Shown: in pieces, positions 38,420-51,112 of the stretch
How positions within the stretch are numbered: the first letter of the stretch is position 1
How the letters are laid out: every line of letters starts with the position of its first letter
Assembly (NCBI RefSeq): GCF_004010195.1
Contig: NC_057710.1
Coordinates: 123,917,367 to 123,981,366, forward strand
Direction of reading: 5' to 3'
DNA: 64,000 nt
Origin: Chiloscyllium plagiosum
Taxonomy: Eukaryota
Position numbers and translations under genes: made by a program
Notes under the pieces: model-generated
Seen by the model: only the letters and a program-made list of their open reading frames with translations
What the model was told of the DNA's origin: nothing
Databases searched by the model: none

Positions 38420-38900
38420 TCCCAGTGCCATGTTTCATATTGTTTATGGATTTATGCTTCATTCATTCTCTGAATGGCTCTAAAACTCTTCTTTGGACTG
38501 TATAAGTTTGACAGTTTTTGTAACCATTCTGTTACTTATAAATTCAAATTAGTAGTTAACTTAGTCTCATTTATCCACTGATCTTTAGAGATATTAATAA
38601 AATCTTCCTTAGGTTCTGCTGGAAGCCGAGTTCTTCTATTAAAGTTAATATTTTCAAGAATTTTATTAATTCTGAGGTTGAAGTAAATGGCAAGAACTTT
38701 CAGTACACTACCAAACATTTTGGAAATCAAATGTTTCTATTACCCCTTGGTGAATTATAATGTTTTCAGCCATACTCCCAATTTTGTATGCAAGTTTATT
38801 TACTTGTTCAGCTTCTGATTTACTATCTAATATGAAAACAATTATGTTTTTCCGAGATGTCTAATTCTGTTTTCTATAGGGTCCATCTCTGAAGTTGAGT
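38420..38900 (-). pseudogene. Gypsy gag fossil
   Basis: Minus strand reads ILDSKSEAEQVNKLAYKIGSMAENIIIHQG...FGSVLKVLAIYFNLRINKILE..FNRR...EDFIN, resembling Gypsy gag QVNTLLYxxG / ERAxFNxRxQxxxE..FI. Confidence 0.6.
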
Positions 38901-39930
38901 CTTCCTGGTACTATTATTTCACATACCATATCGTCCCTATGTAACTTTACCTGCAAAAGGCAGGAATCCCAGACTTTAGTTCCAAAAGGTGGGGTAATCT
39001 TTCAGAGTAGCAGCAAGGAGCATTAGTGCTGTTATTACAATGAAATAAAAGTATTTTCAGTAAGCACAATATATAATAACACTAGTGAGGATTTTTAAAG
39101 TGAATTATGCTGGAGAGGTGAAATAAGGAAAAAGTAAAACAGAAACCTCCATTGGAACTTTGTACTAAATTAACCTTGCTTGCCTTTGAGGTTTATATGA
39201 ACAATAGTTCATTTTACTAAAACATTCCAGAGAGGCCTTGGAATCAGAGGAGGTTTAGAGACACAAAGAGGCAGACACTGATAAGGAATGGAGTTGAAAC
39301 AGTGCCAGACTAAATAATCCTTGACTGGATGGACAAGCATTAATGACATTAGTTTATGACTTAAAATACTCATCTGTTTCTTGTGTCTGTATGAAGCAAG
39401 TTTGGAATTTGAATATTGAGATGTTTAAATGTCCAAAACCAAAATGGTATTAAAATACAGCCTTTTTCTGTCTGCCTGATATTCAGGCTAGTCCTAGAAT
39501 ATGCACTCCCAGTGTGCATATGAATAAATATTTGAAAACCTGCACTTAAGTCTCCTGTGGTTGATTCTAAGAAGTAACCACAAAATTGGCATTGGTAGTT
39601 GAATAGTTAATCTTGAGATTCTTGGATTTGTTGATTGGTTGAAATTCCTTCGTCCTATTTCATTTTGAATTAGCTATCAGCACTAAAGACAACTCTTCCT
39701 CTTTTACTTTCACTGTAATGCTGTTTACAATGGCTGTTCTCAAAGTTGTGGCAGTACTTTAGAATGTCCAGCCAATAATATGCACAGACTGGGATTGCAG
39801 TTAATTTTAAAATTTGTTTTGCATATTCCTACAGAGTAAAACAGACATGCCTGGTAGAGTTGGCTTTCTGCTAAGAGGGGTGACAGTCAGCACACTCATT
39901 GGAAAGCCTTTCGCTGTTTGAAGTTTCCTT

Positions 39931-40146
39931 GTTAAAAATCACACAGTACCAGGTTATAGTCCAATAGGTTTAATTGGAAGCACACTAGCTTTCGGAGCAT
40001 CGCTCTTTCATCAGGTGGTACCACCTAATGAAGGAGCGATGCTCCGAAAGCTAGTGTGCTTCCAATTAAACCTGTTGGACCAAAACCTGGTGTTGTGTGA
40101 TTTTTAACCTTGTAAACCTCAGTCCAACACCGGCATCTCCAAATCA
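39931..40146. mobile_element. Fold-back double-hammerhead PLE-terminus element with 13-bp TSD
   Basis: TSD tgaagtttccttg at 39919-39931 and 40147-40159. 89-bp inverted arms 39931-40019 and 40020-40108. HHR cores on both strands (40008-40014 minus, 40025-40031 plus). 38-nt unpaired tail. Confidence 0.92.
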
Positions 40147-41374
40147 TGAAGTTTCCTTGACTCTTTACAGTTGCAACATTCCATTGGTTTCATACAGGAT
40201 TTTGCCAGACAGTCACTGAATTTACATTTGCACTTTTTCTTTATTCAGCAGCAGTTTTCTTTAAAAATTATACTATTTTGGCATGACAAGTGAAAAGAAA
40301 ATCTGAACATATTATGGGGTTCTGAGGCCTTGCCACTCCAAACGTTGTGACAGGCCTAGTGTTGTAAGCTGTTACTGGGTCAGAAGTTTCTTTAAGGACA
40401 AAGGTGTTGTAATTCCTCAACCAAGTTCCCATTGACTTAATGACACCAATGCGGTCACTCAAAATAAATTCAAGGATAGCAAGGACTTTATAGATAAGTC
40501 CTTTGATCTTAGAAGAGCCGAATGGCTTCCCTCACTTGAACTCATCTTTGTAACATCCACATCTTTACTTTCAAACAGCAATTATTGTATTGGAATTGGA
40601 AATCCATTTTCTGACTCTTTTTCATTCCTTTCATTTTCAAAGATCAATTGTAAGGTTCCCACTCTTGCTGCTGCTTCAGGAAATCAGCTAATTCAACACA
40701 AGCCAGAGTTGGAAGTAAGGAATAGTGGAACCCTGAGTCATTAGAAAAGTTGACTTTGCTGATAATTGTGGAAAAGTCAGTGATACAACTTGTCCTGCAC
40801 TCATAGTAGAATGAGGAAACAGGGCATTTTGGACAATAAAACTGACTTTAGAGATCAATGCAAATAAAATAGATCATTTTCTGGCTAGAAAACTAAAGAT
40901 AGAATCCACTTTTAATTATGGATATAGAATCTAGAAAGAAATACTTGTTGTTTTATCTATTTTTTTCCCTTATTTACTTTTGTGCTAAATTGGTTACCTT
41001 GACAATGAGGTGTTATGTTTTACCAAACTTCACATCCATATTGATTTTGGTGTATAGAGCACATATTTAAAATCACAATCCAATACTTCCTTGACCTTCA
41101 AAACCAGGAGAGCAGCATAAATAATGGATAATATCCCTCTCTCTCCCTGCGTCAATGCACACGGATAACTGCACATCCATATGCTGCAGTGCTGCAGAGA
41201 CCCCTAATGTTAATTTAAATTAAGAGTTATACTAAAACATGACCCTGGAATGTACTGTATAATGGAGGCAATTAAAAGTAATATGTGGCTAGTTGTCTTG
41301 AAAGTACATTTCAATCCTGAAGACTCTTCAAATCACAACTGATGTAATAGTGTCTTCATGAGTCTAATTGTAGT

Positions 41375-41455
41375 CATGATGTGAAAGTGCCGGTGTTGGA
41401 CTGGGGTGGATAAAGTTAAAAATCACATGACATCAGGTTATAGTCCAACAGGTTT
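41375..41455 (-). mobile_element. Short terminal copy of the same PLE family with 8-bp TSD
   Basis: attgtagt at 41367-41374 and 41456-41463. Sequence is the reverse complement of ~40068-40146. Confidence 0.8.
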
Positions 41456-42484
41456 ATTGTAGTGACAACTTCAGAATACATTGTGGGTTCGATTTCCAGT
41501 GGGAGCTGATGCTTCTAAAGAGTATCTAAATTTATTTATACAGCAAGCACAATTTCTGTAGGATACTCTGTTTATTACTTAGGGATAACTTGAATTCATG
41601 AAATAGTGGTGAAAAAATATTAAGCCCAGGCTAACTGAAGTTATGGATTTACTGATATATAACTTATTAATTCTAGTTCCTATCTGAAATTGTGGCAATG
41701 GTGTGGGGACTGGGGCAGGGAAATGTGAATGCTACTTTTTGAGCAGTTTTACAATAATCTATTCTTAAAATACTGCAAATATATACATAGAATCTTTGGC
41801 CAATATTTGGACACATCTTAGTCTTTTGACTGCATGAACTAGCTGACAATACAATGATTTGACAAAAAGCTTTCTGAGAGAGGCCATCAGATATTCTCTG
41901 GAATATTAATATGTGTTAATTCTCCTTTTTAGGCACTGAGTTGTTAATCCATTACAACATGCTGCAACATGATTTAATGGATCATCTTTTTCCAGTCATC
42001 AGAGTAATGTTGAATCCTTTCCATATGAACACATAATCCATTCACAAAACAATCTCCATTGAATTGTGTCAAAGCAAGTTGATGAACTAATAAGTGAAGA
42101 AGCTGTGATAAAGTGAGTTATTTTAATAGATTACTTCCAATGTAAAATGAAACCACAGGTACTTCATTTCTTAGCAGAAACTGTTCCTTATTAGTACTGT
42201 ATGATTACTCAATGATTACGTGACTCTCATAAGCTTTAATCAGGCTAGCAATGTGACATCAATGTTGAGAAATGTATTCGGTATGTGATGGAAGAACATT
42301 TATAAATAATTTGTGAGCAATATGGATAATTCATTAACTTAGCAACCTTGACATGTTCTACTGCCACTGCATTATGCATTGAGAGGAAGGACGTGCCAGT
42401 TAGATATTTTTAAATGATCAGTATGTACAGTGACTTTTTCACTGTCATTTAATAAACAGTACTCACATTGTTGTGAAGGTTTTA

Positions 42485-43130
42485 GAATCAAATGTATATA
42501 ACTTTAGTTAGAGCATATTTGGAATATTGTGTACAGTTCTGGTCACCAAACAACAAGAAGAATGTGGATGCTTTGGAGAAGGTACAGAAAAGGTTTACCT
42601 GACTGTTGCCTGGTTTGGAGAGTATAAAGTATGAGGAGAAATAGGAAAAACTTAGTTCTTTTTCACTTGTCAAAGGATGAGGAGTGGCCTGATAGAAGTT
42701 TACAAAATTATGGAATTTTCTCAAAAGTCATCTATTCAACCAAAGTCTTGATTTCTCGCAATATAGCTCAACCCCATCACCTCTTCATTAATATTATCTG
42801 TGAAATGTCTTGATAGAATGGATAGACTGAGTCTTTTCCCCAAGGTAGATATGTCAATTACTAGGGACATAGGTTTAAAGCAAAAGAGGGTAAGTGTAAA
42901 AGAAATGTGAAAGGTAATTTTTTTTACAGAGTGTTTGGAATGAGTGTTTGTTAAAGGAGGTGGTGGAGGTGGATACACTAACATCGTTTAAGAGGCACCT
43001 TGGCAGATATATGAATTGGTAGGGAATGGAGGGAAATGGACTGCAAAGAGGCAAAAGGTTTCTGGTTTGGAAAGGCATCTTGTGCTGGCACAGTTTTTGA
43101 GGCCCTATTCCTATGCCATACTATTCTTTA
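42485..43130 (+). mobile_element. CR1 LINE 3' fragment carrying a ~95-bp foreign insert
   Basis: LVRAYLEYCVQFWSP...LEKVQKRFT; the CR1 resumes at ~42812. Confidence 0.85.
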
Positions 43131-43352
43131 TCTCTTGGTATTGATGGAATGTTTGCTTCATCCTTTGTCACCTTCCTAATGGCATGTTATGGGAGTCTGC
43201 TAGTGAAAGTACTAAACTGTTTCACAAACCAGTAAAGAGCAATATCCAACCTAATGCCTCCTATAGATCTGTTTATCTTAACACTTTTCTTGTTGACCTT
43301 TCATTATCAATATTCAGATATTCTGAAATATCTAAAACATAGTCACTTATGT

Positions 43353-43567
43353 AACCAAAAGAGAAAATGCTGGAAAGTATCAGCAGGTCTGGCAGCATCT
43401 GTAAGGAGAGAAAAGAAAAGGGCTGACGTTTTGAGTCTAACTGATCCTTTGTCAAAGCTTTGACAAAGGGTCAGTTAGACTCGAAACATCAGCTCTTTTC
43501 TTTTCTCTCCTCACAGATGCTGCCAGACCTGCTGAGATTCCAGCATCTGCAGTAATTTGCTTTTATG
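43353..43567. mobile_element. Fold-back PLE-terminus element (third family) with 13-bp TSD (1 mismatch)
   Basis: tagtcacttatgt (43340-43352) and tagtcatttatgt (43568-43580). Axis at ctttgtcaaag|ctttgacaaag (43457/43458). Degenerate HHR ttgacaa-agggtc agtta gactc-gaaac. Confidence 0.85.
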
Positions 43568-43622
43568 TAGTCATTTATGTCCTTATCTGTACTAATTTTC
43601 ACTCACTCTCTGAACTTTTTTT

Positions 43623-43931
43623 TTACATTACATTACAGTGTGGAAACAGGCCCTTCGGCCCAACAAGTCCACACCGACCCGCCGAAGCGAAACCCACCCA
43701 TACCCCTACATTTACCCCTTACCTAACACTACGGGCAATTTAGCATGGCCAATTCACCTGACCCTGCACATCTTTGGACTGTGGGAGGAAACCGGAGCAC
43801 CCGGAGGAAACCCACGCAGACACGGGGAGAACGTGCAAACTCTACACAGTCAGTCGCCTGAGGCGGGAATTGAACCCGGGTCTCAGGCGCTGTGAGGCAG
43901 CAGTGCTAACCACTGTGCCACCGTGCCGCCC
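43623..43931 (-). mobile_element. HE1-like V-SINE, full length, young
   Basis: Head gggcggcacggtggcacagtggttagcactgctgcctcacagcgcc, B box gggttcaattcc, CpG-rich, (tgtaa)n tail. Confidence 0.95.
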
Positions 43932-43989
43932 ACCGTGACCCGATATCTCCCGTTGTGTTAAATTAAAAATCCTTTCTTTCCAATCTGTC

Positions 43990-44335
43990 TATGACCATGC
44001 CTCACTGTTTCCCACCACCTTTCTCCCAACTATTTCCCCTCCAGCAGCTTTTGGTCTTCTGACTCGATCCTTTTGTGCATCCCTACTCCCTTATCCATCA
44101 TTATCAGCAAAATATTTTAAAATCTTGGCCTGACTCTACACAGAACTTTCCCGAAACAATTCTATCTATCTATTTCTAGGCCTGCCTTCAAGAACTTTCT
44201 CAAGTCATCTATTCAACCAAAGTCTTTATTTCTCCAAATATAGCTCAACCCCATCACCTCTTCATTAGTATTTCCTGTGAAATGCCTTGAGGTATTTTTG
44301 CATTTAAGGTATGCTGTAGTTGTAAGTTATTTTTG
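43990..44335 (+). mobile_element. Degenerate L2-like LINE 3' end
   Basis: Terminal ctgtgaaatgccttgag...taaggtatgctgtagttgtaagttatt resembles L2/MIR-type tails. Confidence 0.45.
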
Positions 44336-44439
44336 ATAATACAGATCTTGGCAATAATGGCTTGACAATATTTTCCTAAGTATAAAATTTGCCTCTATTT
44401 TATTTGATAGGAACCTAGGATTGACATTGGATATCCAGG

Positions 44440-45462
44440 TAATAAAGTGGTAGTGTCACTTGAATAGTAACCTAGAGATCCAGGCTTTTGCTCTGAGGTC
44501 ATGTGTTATGATCCCAGCTCTTGTTACTAACGGACAAGTTAGATCCAAGACTGAAAGCTGGCTTTCATATTTTGTTTGGTTTGAACAAGATAGTCTCACA
44601 CTGAGACAGAAATATGGAACGTACCTGATTTTTTACTAACAATAAAAAGTTTAGTCAGCAAAGGAAATGAAAATAACATAGAATAAATCAGTCTATTTAA
44701 GTATAACACGGACTTAAAGGTGATTTCAACATGCAGTAATGTGTACTCCCGTTAATCCCAAAAAAAGTTCTTTATGCATCCCAAAAACACCCTGTATATT
44801 ACCCAGAAGCACCCCTTGTACAGCACACACAGCAGATAATCCCTTTTTGTAACACCTTGATGCATTTAATTTGACTTGAACTCCCTGTCTGAAATCTGAT
44901 GGCTTCTTCCTGGAGTTTTCTAAGGAAGTTTGAAGTCCCAGTCATCCCAAAGCACCGTAAGTTGCTGTCTCATTACAAAGAGACAACTGGTGATGAGTTA
45001 AACTTGAGTAATACCAATGCCATAGGTTAGGGTGAGGTTGAGAAGTTGGGGTCTTAATGGTGACATCATACAGTACTGGAATTGAAAATGTGTTGTCTGT
45101 GTCACTTTGCAAAGCAAAGCAGAAAACAAAGCAAATTACAGCAAATACTGGAGATTTGAAACATACAAAAACAGAAATTGTTGGAGAAACTGATCAGGTC
45201 TGGCAGCATCTATGGAGAGAAAACAGAACAATATCTCGAGTCCAGTAATCCTTCAGTTTGTCAGCTAACTAAGTTAACTGACTTCCTGTCCCAGCCACTT
45301 GCACATTAGGAAAAAAATCTGCTGATCCACAGAAATGCAGTTGATTATTAGTTGCCTTCTGAAATTATCTAACTAGTCACTCAGTTCAAGGGTAATTAGA
45401 AAAAGCAAGAAAAGATTGGCCAATCAGTGACATTCACGTCACGTCAATGAATAAAAAATAAG
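44440..45462 (+). mobile_element. SacSINE1/DeuSINE-like SINE split by later insertions (head ~44440-44520, tail ~45305-45462)
   Basis: Head gtggtagtgtcacttgaatagtaacctagag; tail cactcagttcaagggtaattag...aatgaataaaaaa. An old SINE (44932-45287) and a PLE end (~45120-45255) lie in between. Confidence 0.55.
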
Positions 45463-46602
45463 TTTGTTTGCAGATATTTTCCTAATCAACCTATTCAGAG
45501 ATGGTATTACTCACCTTTGGAGCAAGTGGGACTTGAACCTGGGATTCACTAGCCCAGAGATAGGGGCACTATCACTACACCACAACAGCCCTTTCCTAAT
45601 CTGCCTGCAAAGAATAATGCCTGATCTGAATCAGCTGTTTGTACAACTACTTTGGTTCCATGGTTTTAGTTAATTTTGACTAAATTGCTGGTCAGTTCAC
45701 TATTTCACATTGTGTTGTTTTGAAGAACTGCTCTGTTCACACATAATTCCACTGCCACCTCCCTCTTGTCCAAATGAATGAGTAAATAATTCAGAGTGTT
45801 AATTTATAATTCCTCTTTGGCCATGAGTATAATGTTTAAGTATCAGCTAGTGCAGTTAGTGAAACTTTAATCATTTTTATAATCTAAACATGAAATTCAA
45901 GTTTTTTTCAGATGCTAAGAAATGTTATTAATCTTGTTCTTTAAAAAAATGAAAAATCGGATAAAGGTAAAGAGACCAAATCCGATCATGTAGTGTCAAA
46001 CTTGTCATGAACATCCCTCTGACACAGAAAAAAAAATCAACATGAACAACTCCATGGGAGCTGATTTTGATGTAGTTACAAAACTATATTGAATCTGTTG
46101 AAAGAAGCCATTTTTAGAAAATTCTACCTGTGGATCTTGGAAAATTCTTTAGATGTTTGGAAAAAAGAATATCTTCATTCATCTCTATGAAGATGCCATT
46201 TTGGTAAAGAGAAATTAAACTTTACATTGCAAACAGCATTTAGAAGTGCAGAAATTTGAACCGTTTTCAATTTTAGCTTGAGTACTAAAGCAACTATCTT
46301 CATAACAACAAAGATTCAACAACAACTTTAATCAACTGAGAATACCACAAGATAACAAAATGAATGTAATACAAGAAGATCAAAATCCTAACAATATGCA
46401 AAATCAAGAAAGAATCATTTTCAAGTACCTATCAGAAGTCAAAAAATGCAACACCAATGTATCAGTCTTTCCACCATAACAATTTAAGTTTACATATCCA
46501 TTTGATAGATCAGAAAATTTGCAAATGTAGAAAGCACAATGTCTAAGACTTCAGACAGCTTTTATTCCTCACTGGGGCAGCACACTGGAAATCAAGTCCC
46601 GC

Positions 46603-46705
46603 CATTCCTGAAGAAGGGTCACTCAACCCAAAACATTAACTCTGCTGACTCTCCACAGATGCTGCCAGACATGTTGAGTTTCTCCAGAAATTTCTATTTT
46701 TGTCC
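46603..46705 (+). mobile_element. PLE terminus with degenerate HHR
   Basis: cCTGAAGA-agggtc actc aaccc-aaaac, then ctccacagatgctgccagac. cattcctg occurs at 46603 and 46709. Confidence 0.7.
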
Positions 46706-49649
46706 TATCATTCCTGGGATTATCACAAATGTTAAATATTTTGTTGCTATCTACTGCACTGACACTACTGAACTAAGCATTTATTAAACTGCAGTTGTGT
46801 GATTGCATAAGAAATTGTATAAATTCGTTGTGGAAACTACAATAGATTTAGCTACATTGTATGACTAAATATATTGGCCCCAAAAATCCAAGTGTTCATA
46901 TCTCCAGCACCGAACATGTCAACCTTTAAGTAATTATGGAAACATTTCAGGTACACGACTGCCTCACACAGTCAAAAGGTTTGGCACCTGTCTGTTGTAT
47001 CAGAGTGCAAAGGTGAGAAAGGTTAAAACTCAGATGCACCCAAGGTTCCACCCACTGTGGTAATCTACAGCAAGATGAGGATGATGACAGCATATATATC
47101 ATCTAATGTCCAATAGTATGGAGAGTTCAAACAGCATGATGAACACCTGTACAGACTGCTCAAAATGCACTGTCCACTAACAGGGCACTATCCAAACTGT
47201 GTCTGACTCAGTTCTTTGGTTCTCTGTTTAATTGAGCAAACCCATTAAGAGCATATGACATAGGAGCAGAAATTAGGCCATTCAGCCCATCGAGTCTGTT
47301 CTGCTATTCAATCATAGCTGATAAGTTTCTCAACTCCATTCTCCTACTTTCTCCCTGTGACCCTTGATCCCATTGATAATTCTTTGGGCATTCAGGCTAA
47401 TTCCTACTTTGACTGTTTGTGCCAATCTATAGGCCAGCATGCCTCATCCCTCTTGATGCACTGGTCTCCAATCTGACATGACCTGAGTAAAGGGAGTAGG
47501 AATTACTGCAGCGGGGGGTTCTCACCTTTGGGACAATGCTTTATATCATTGGTGAAAGTACTGCATCTTCTTAGGTTAATGAAATATAGTATACCTGAAT
47601 CCTGATTGTATTCTAAAAATTTTCCAGGATGATAGATATGCTGTCAATTCAAGGATTTGCTTTTTAACAATCTTAACAATCAGCATTATGAGTGTAGCAA
47701 TACAGCAAAAATACAATTGGGTCTACTTTTTCTCAGATTCTGAACTGTAAACAGCTTTTCAAGCTGCATCACAGAATTTGCAGTTAAAGATGGCATCGCC
47801 CATTGCACCCCCTTGGGAATTATTTCCCTTTACTGTAGAAGGAGTGTCATTCAGCAGGGAGGACTGGAAGCAGACATCAAAGTAAAGGGGACTGTTCTGG
47901 TGATTTATATTGTTTAACTAGCTTTTTAACTAGTGTAAGCTTTTTAACTAGTCTTAGCAGTTCAGAAACTACACTATTGATTCTGATTATTTTCGTGGAC
48001 ATGAATATGGAAACTAAGGATTTATATCAAAGGAAAACGTAAGAGGAAATTTCTCACTGTCTTTTCAGAGTAAGGAACATTGTCTCATGTTCAGATTTCT
48101 AACAAACATGTGCTGCACTTTTTGTATGGTTTCTTGGTGAGATATGGGGTCACATTGCTAGAGAAGGCCACCTCTCCCATGTTTAAGGAATGTGAATTTG
48201 TGGAGTCTGGAGGTGTTTGAGTAAAATGTTAAACCACCTTCGGTACTTTCTGTTTCTTTTATTATTTATTGATCCTGATTTTCAGCAGCTCATTTTCCCT
48301 TGAAGAGTGTTTGGTAACTGGTGAATTGTGCAATATTAATCTCTTTCATCACGCTGGCATACCGTGTAATTCTCCAGTGCTACTTAGATTTCTCAGCTAT
48401 GGATAAAAAAAAGTATGTGAAGTCAAACCAAAGTTGAATTGTTTACCTCAGTGTTTCTTTACAATAGTTACCTGAGAATGGATAGAAACGTTAAATTAGA
48501 ACGGGGGTGTTTTCATACAACAACTAATAAGGGGCATGTAGTTGCAAATGTTATAATTGAGCTGTTACCATTCAGTAGCTGTTTTGAGTCAAATAATTTC
48601 CTTCTTTTCAAAAGGAAATGGTTGCCCATTTTTACTTCAGTTTTTATATCATGCCTAGGAACTTTGATCATGGCTACAACATTTTTAAGATTCAGTCCAG
48701 CACGTCACTTCAAACATGTCTTTGAACATCTTAAGTAATCCAAAAGGGTGAATCTTGTATACTATAGTTAAATAGTAAGAAATCCAACAATACGGAAATT
48801 GACACAATTCTGATTTTGATTAAAAAAAGAACAATGTAATTTCTGGTGATTAGCAGCACTGCAGGATTGTGCAACATGCAATGATATAGGCTGTGTTCTG
48901 CATTCAGACTATTGAGACTTAACATACAGCCCAGGTTTGGGATTATTCTGGGGGAAAGTACTGAGTTTTGCATTGCTGGTGTACCATACAAAGCTGGTCT
49001 AGAGAACTATGCCTGGTTAATTTTAAGCAGGTGCCAGTTCTGGAAAGCTTGCCAGCAGTGGAAGTGGCATCATCATATTAGATGCATTAGAACACCCACT
49101 CACAACACTGGCAAGCGTTTAGTTTTGAATGGTGGAACTGTTGCTCCCCTTCTATCTGAGTATATTAATGTATGACAGCAGTCAAGACAGCAGCTGGAAA
49201 GCAGTTTAAGGGTTTGAGTCTTGAGAATGGCCAGCATTTCATTTCATGTCTGCTGTGCTGTGCTAACGCTTGACTGCTAACTGGTGATAATGACAATTCC
49301 TGTCTGTCTTATCCTGAACTCATATGCTTCATGGTGATCAGAGTACCCAAAGCTGTGAAGAGACTCAAAGCATTCTTAGTTAACATTCTGCTTTTTCATC
49401 AATATCGGTTGCTCAGATTCAAATGGCACATTATAAAACAGGAATAGAATAAGCTGTAAGCATGGACAATGTCAAGAACTGAGCACTGGAAGTATTCCAC
49501 ATTTAAATTATTAATAATGTTTGAAAAAACAACACTTCCAAATTGACTTGCAATCTTTCTTCATAGTCTCAGCCAAATCTCTTTCTTGAATTTAGCACAC
49601 ATTATGCTTTGAATAAAGAGGATTTTGGGCTTCTGAGGAGTGTTAAAGA

Positions 49650-49931
49650 TCATAGAATCCCTACAGTGTGGAAGCAGGCCATTCAGCCCTTTGAGTCCAC
49701 ACTGACCCACCAAAGAACATCCCACTCAGACCCAGCCTGTAACCCTGCATTTCCAATGGCATTTTTCCACCTAGCCTGCACATCCCTGACATCTTTGGTC
49801 TACGGGAGGAAACTGAAGCACTCAGAGGAAACCCACACAGACATGGGCAGAATGTGCTAACTCCAAGAGTGGAAACCTGGGTCTCTGGCACCGTGGGGCA
49901 GCAGTGCTATCCACTGTGTCACTCTGCTGCC
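49650..49931 (-). mobile_element. HE1-like V-SINE (diverged)
   Basis: Similarity to the other HE1 copies. Confidence 0.82.
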
Positions 49932-50263
49932 TTTTTTTCTTTGTTTTAGTTTAAAAATAAATGCAAAAGTTACATCATGAAGTATTTATACCTTCTTTGA
50001 GAGCAATGTTGATTGATGTTGAAGTTTTATGGATCTCAGGCTGATCGTGCAGGCAGGAGGTTTGAATCTGTGTACATTGAAGATGCCGTTGGACTGCTAA
50101 TGTCGGGGCTATGGCTGACATTTAAGAGTTTATTTCTGCAGAGGAATATCATGAATGAAAGGCCATCAAACCAAATGAGCTAACTGTACAACATTGTGGT
50201 GAGTTGCTTTTGATTTTCTTTTGCTGGTGCAGATATGGTTTCTGTTATTAGATGAATTTTGCA

Positions 50264-50638
50264 ATAGAGTCATAGAGTCATAGAGATGAACAGCACAAAA
50301 ACAGACACTTCAGTCCAACTCGTCCATGCCGATCAGATATCCCAACCCAATCTAGTCCCACCTGCCAGCACCCAGCCTATATCCCTCCAAACCTTTCCAC
50401 TTCCTCTGGCAGCTCATTCCATATATGTACCACCCTCTGCCTGAAAGATTTGCCCCTTAGGTCTCTTTTTTATCTTTCCCCTCTCACCCTAAACCTATGC
50501 CCTCTAGTTCTGGACTCCGCCACCCCAGGGAAAAGACTTTGTCTATTTAGCCTATCCATGCCCCTCATGATTTATAAACCTCTATAAGGTCACCCCTCAT
50601 CCTCTGATGCTCCAGGGAAACCAGCCCCAGCCTATTCA
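50264..50638 (-). mobile_element. Young CR1 LINE 3' end with internal deletion
   Basis: (atagagtc)n tail; matches 53329-53760. Confidence 0.9.
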
Positions 50639-50819
50639 TACTTTGTGAGCTCTAAGAATTTTTTTTTTCTGGAGCTTGAGGAGGTGATAAAACGATCTGG
50701 AAACCCATCATTAGAAAATTAGCTTTAAATAGGTTTAAAGTTGCAGCCCCTCTTGACTTGGCTATGGAGCATCGTAAACAGGAGAGAAAGCTGTGCACCG
50801 AGAGAGGAAATGGAGCACT

Positions 50820-51112
50820 CTCAGTAGGAAGCCCAACCCAGTAAGGGTCTTTCAAGAACATTTGTCTTCCTTTAACTCTGTCACGAGCGGTGTGTGAGAT
50901 GCCGACTTTTATCCGAGGAGGAGATGAGTGAACTTTGACACCTCCATCAACCCAACATACTGCCACACAGCAGGGCAAAGACAGCCTTACCAGTGGCTGT
51001 AATGATCATTATGATCAAAAGTTTTCACACTGAAGAATCCTTCCAGGTAGAAGTAGGCGGCATGAGCAACATCTCAAAGTTTGCAGTGCGTCTCTGCATC
51101 AGGGAGTGACAG
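50820..51112 (+). pseudogene. PIF/Harbinger (HARBI1-like) transposase N-terminal fossil
   Basis: LSRKPNPVRVFQEHLS...QPNILPHSRAKTALPVAVMIIMIKSFHTEESFQVEVGGMSNISKFAVRLCIRE resembles the Harbinger ALPVxxKxxxALxFxAxGSFQxxxGDxxxISQxxVxxCIxEV motif. Confidence 0.72.

Noticed and set aside
38940..38965. Minus-strand cttttgcAG|GTAAAG recursive-splice-like site
   Set aside because: Sits in the leader region of a Gypsy fossil with a short pyrimidine tract; likely coincidental.
50142..50198. 57-nt exon-like unit (ttctgcAG...GTGAGT)
   Set aside because: Stop codons in all three phases, so it is not a coding cassette; there is no other support.
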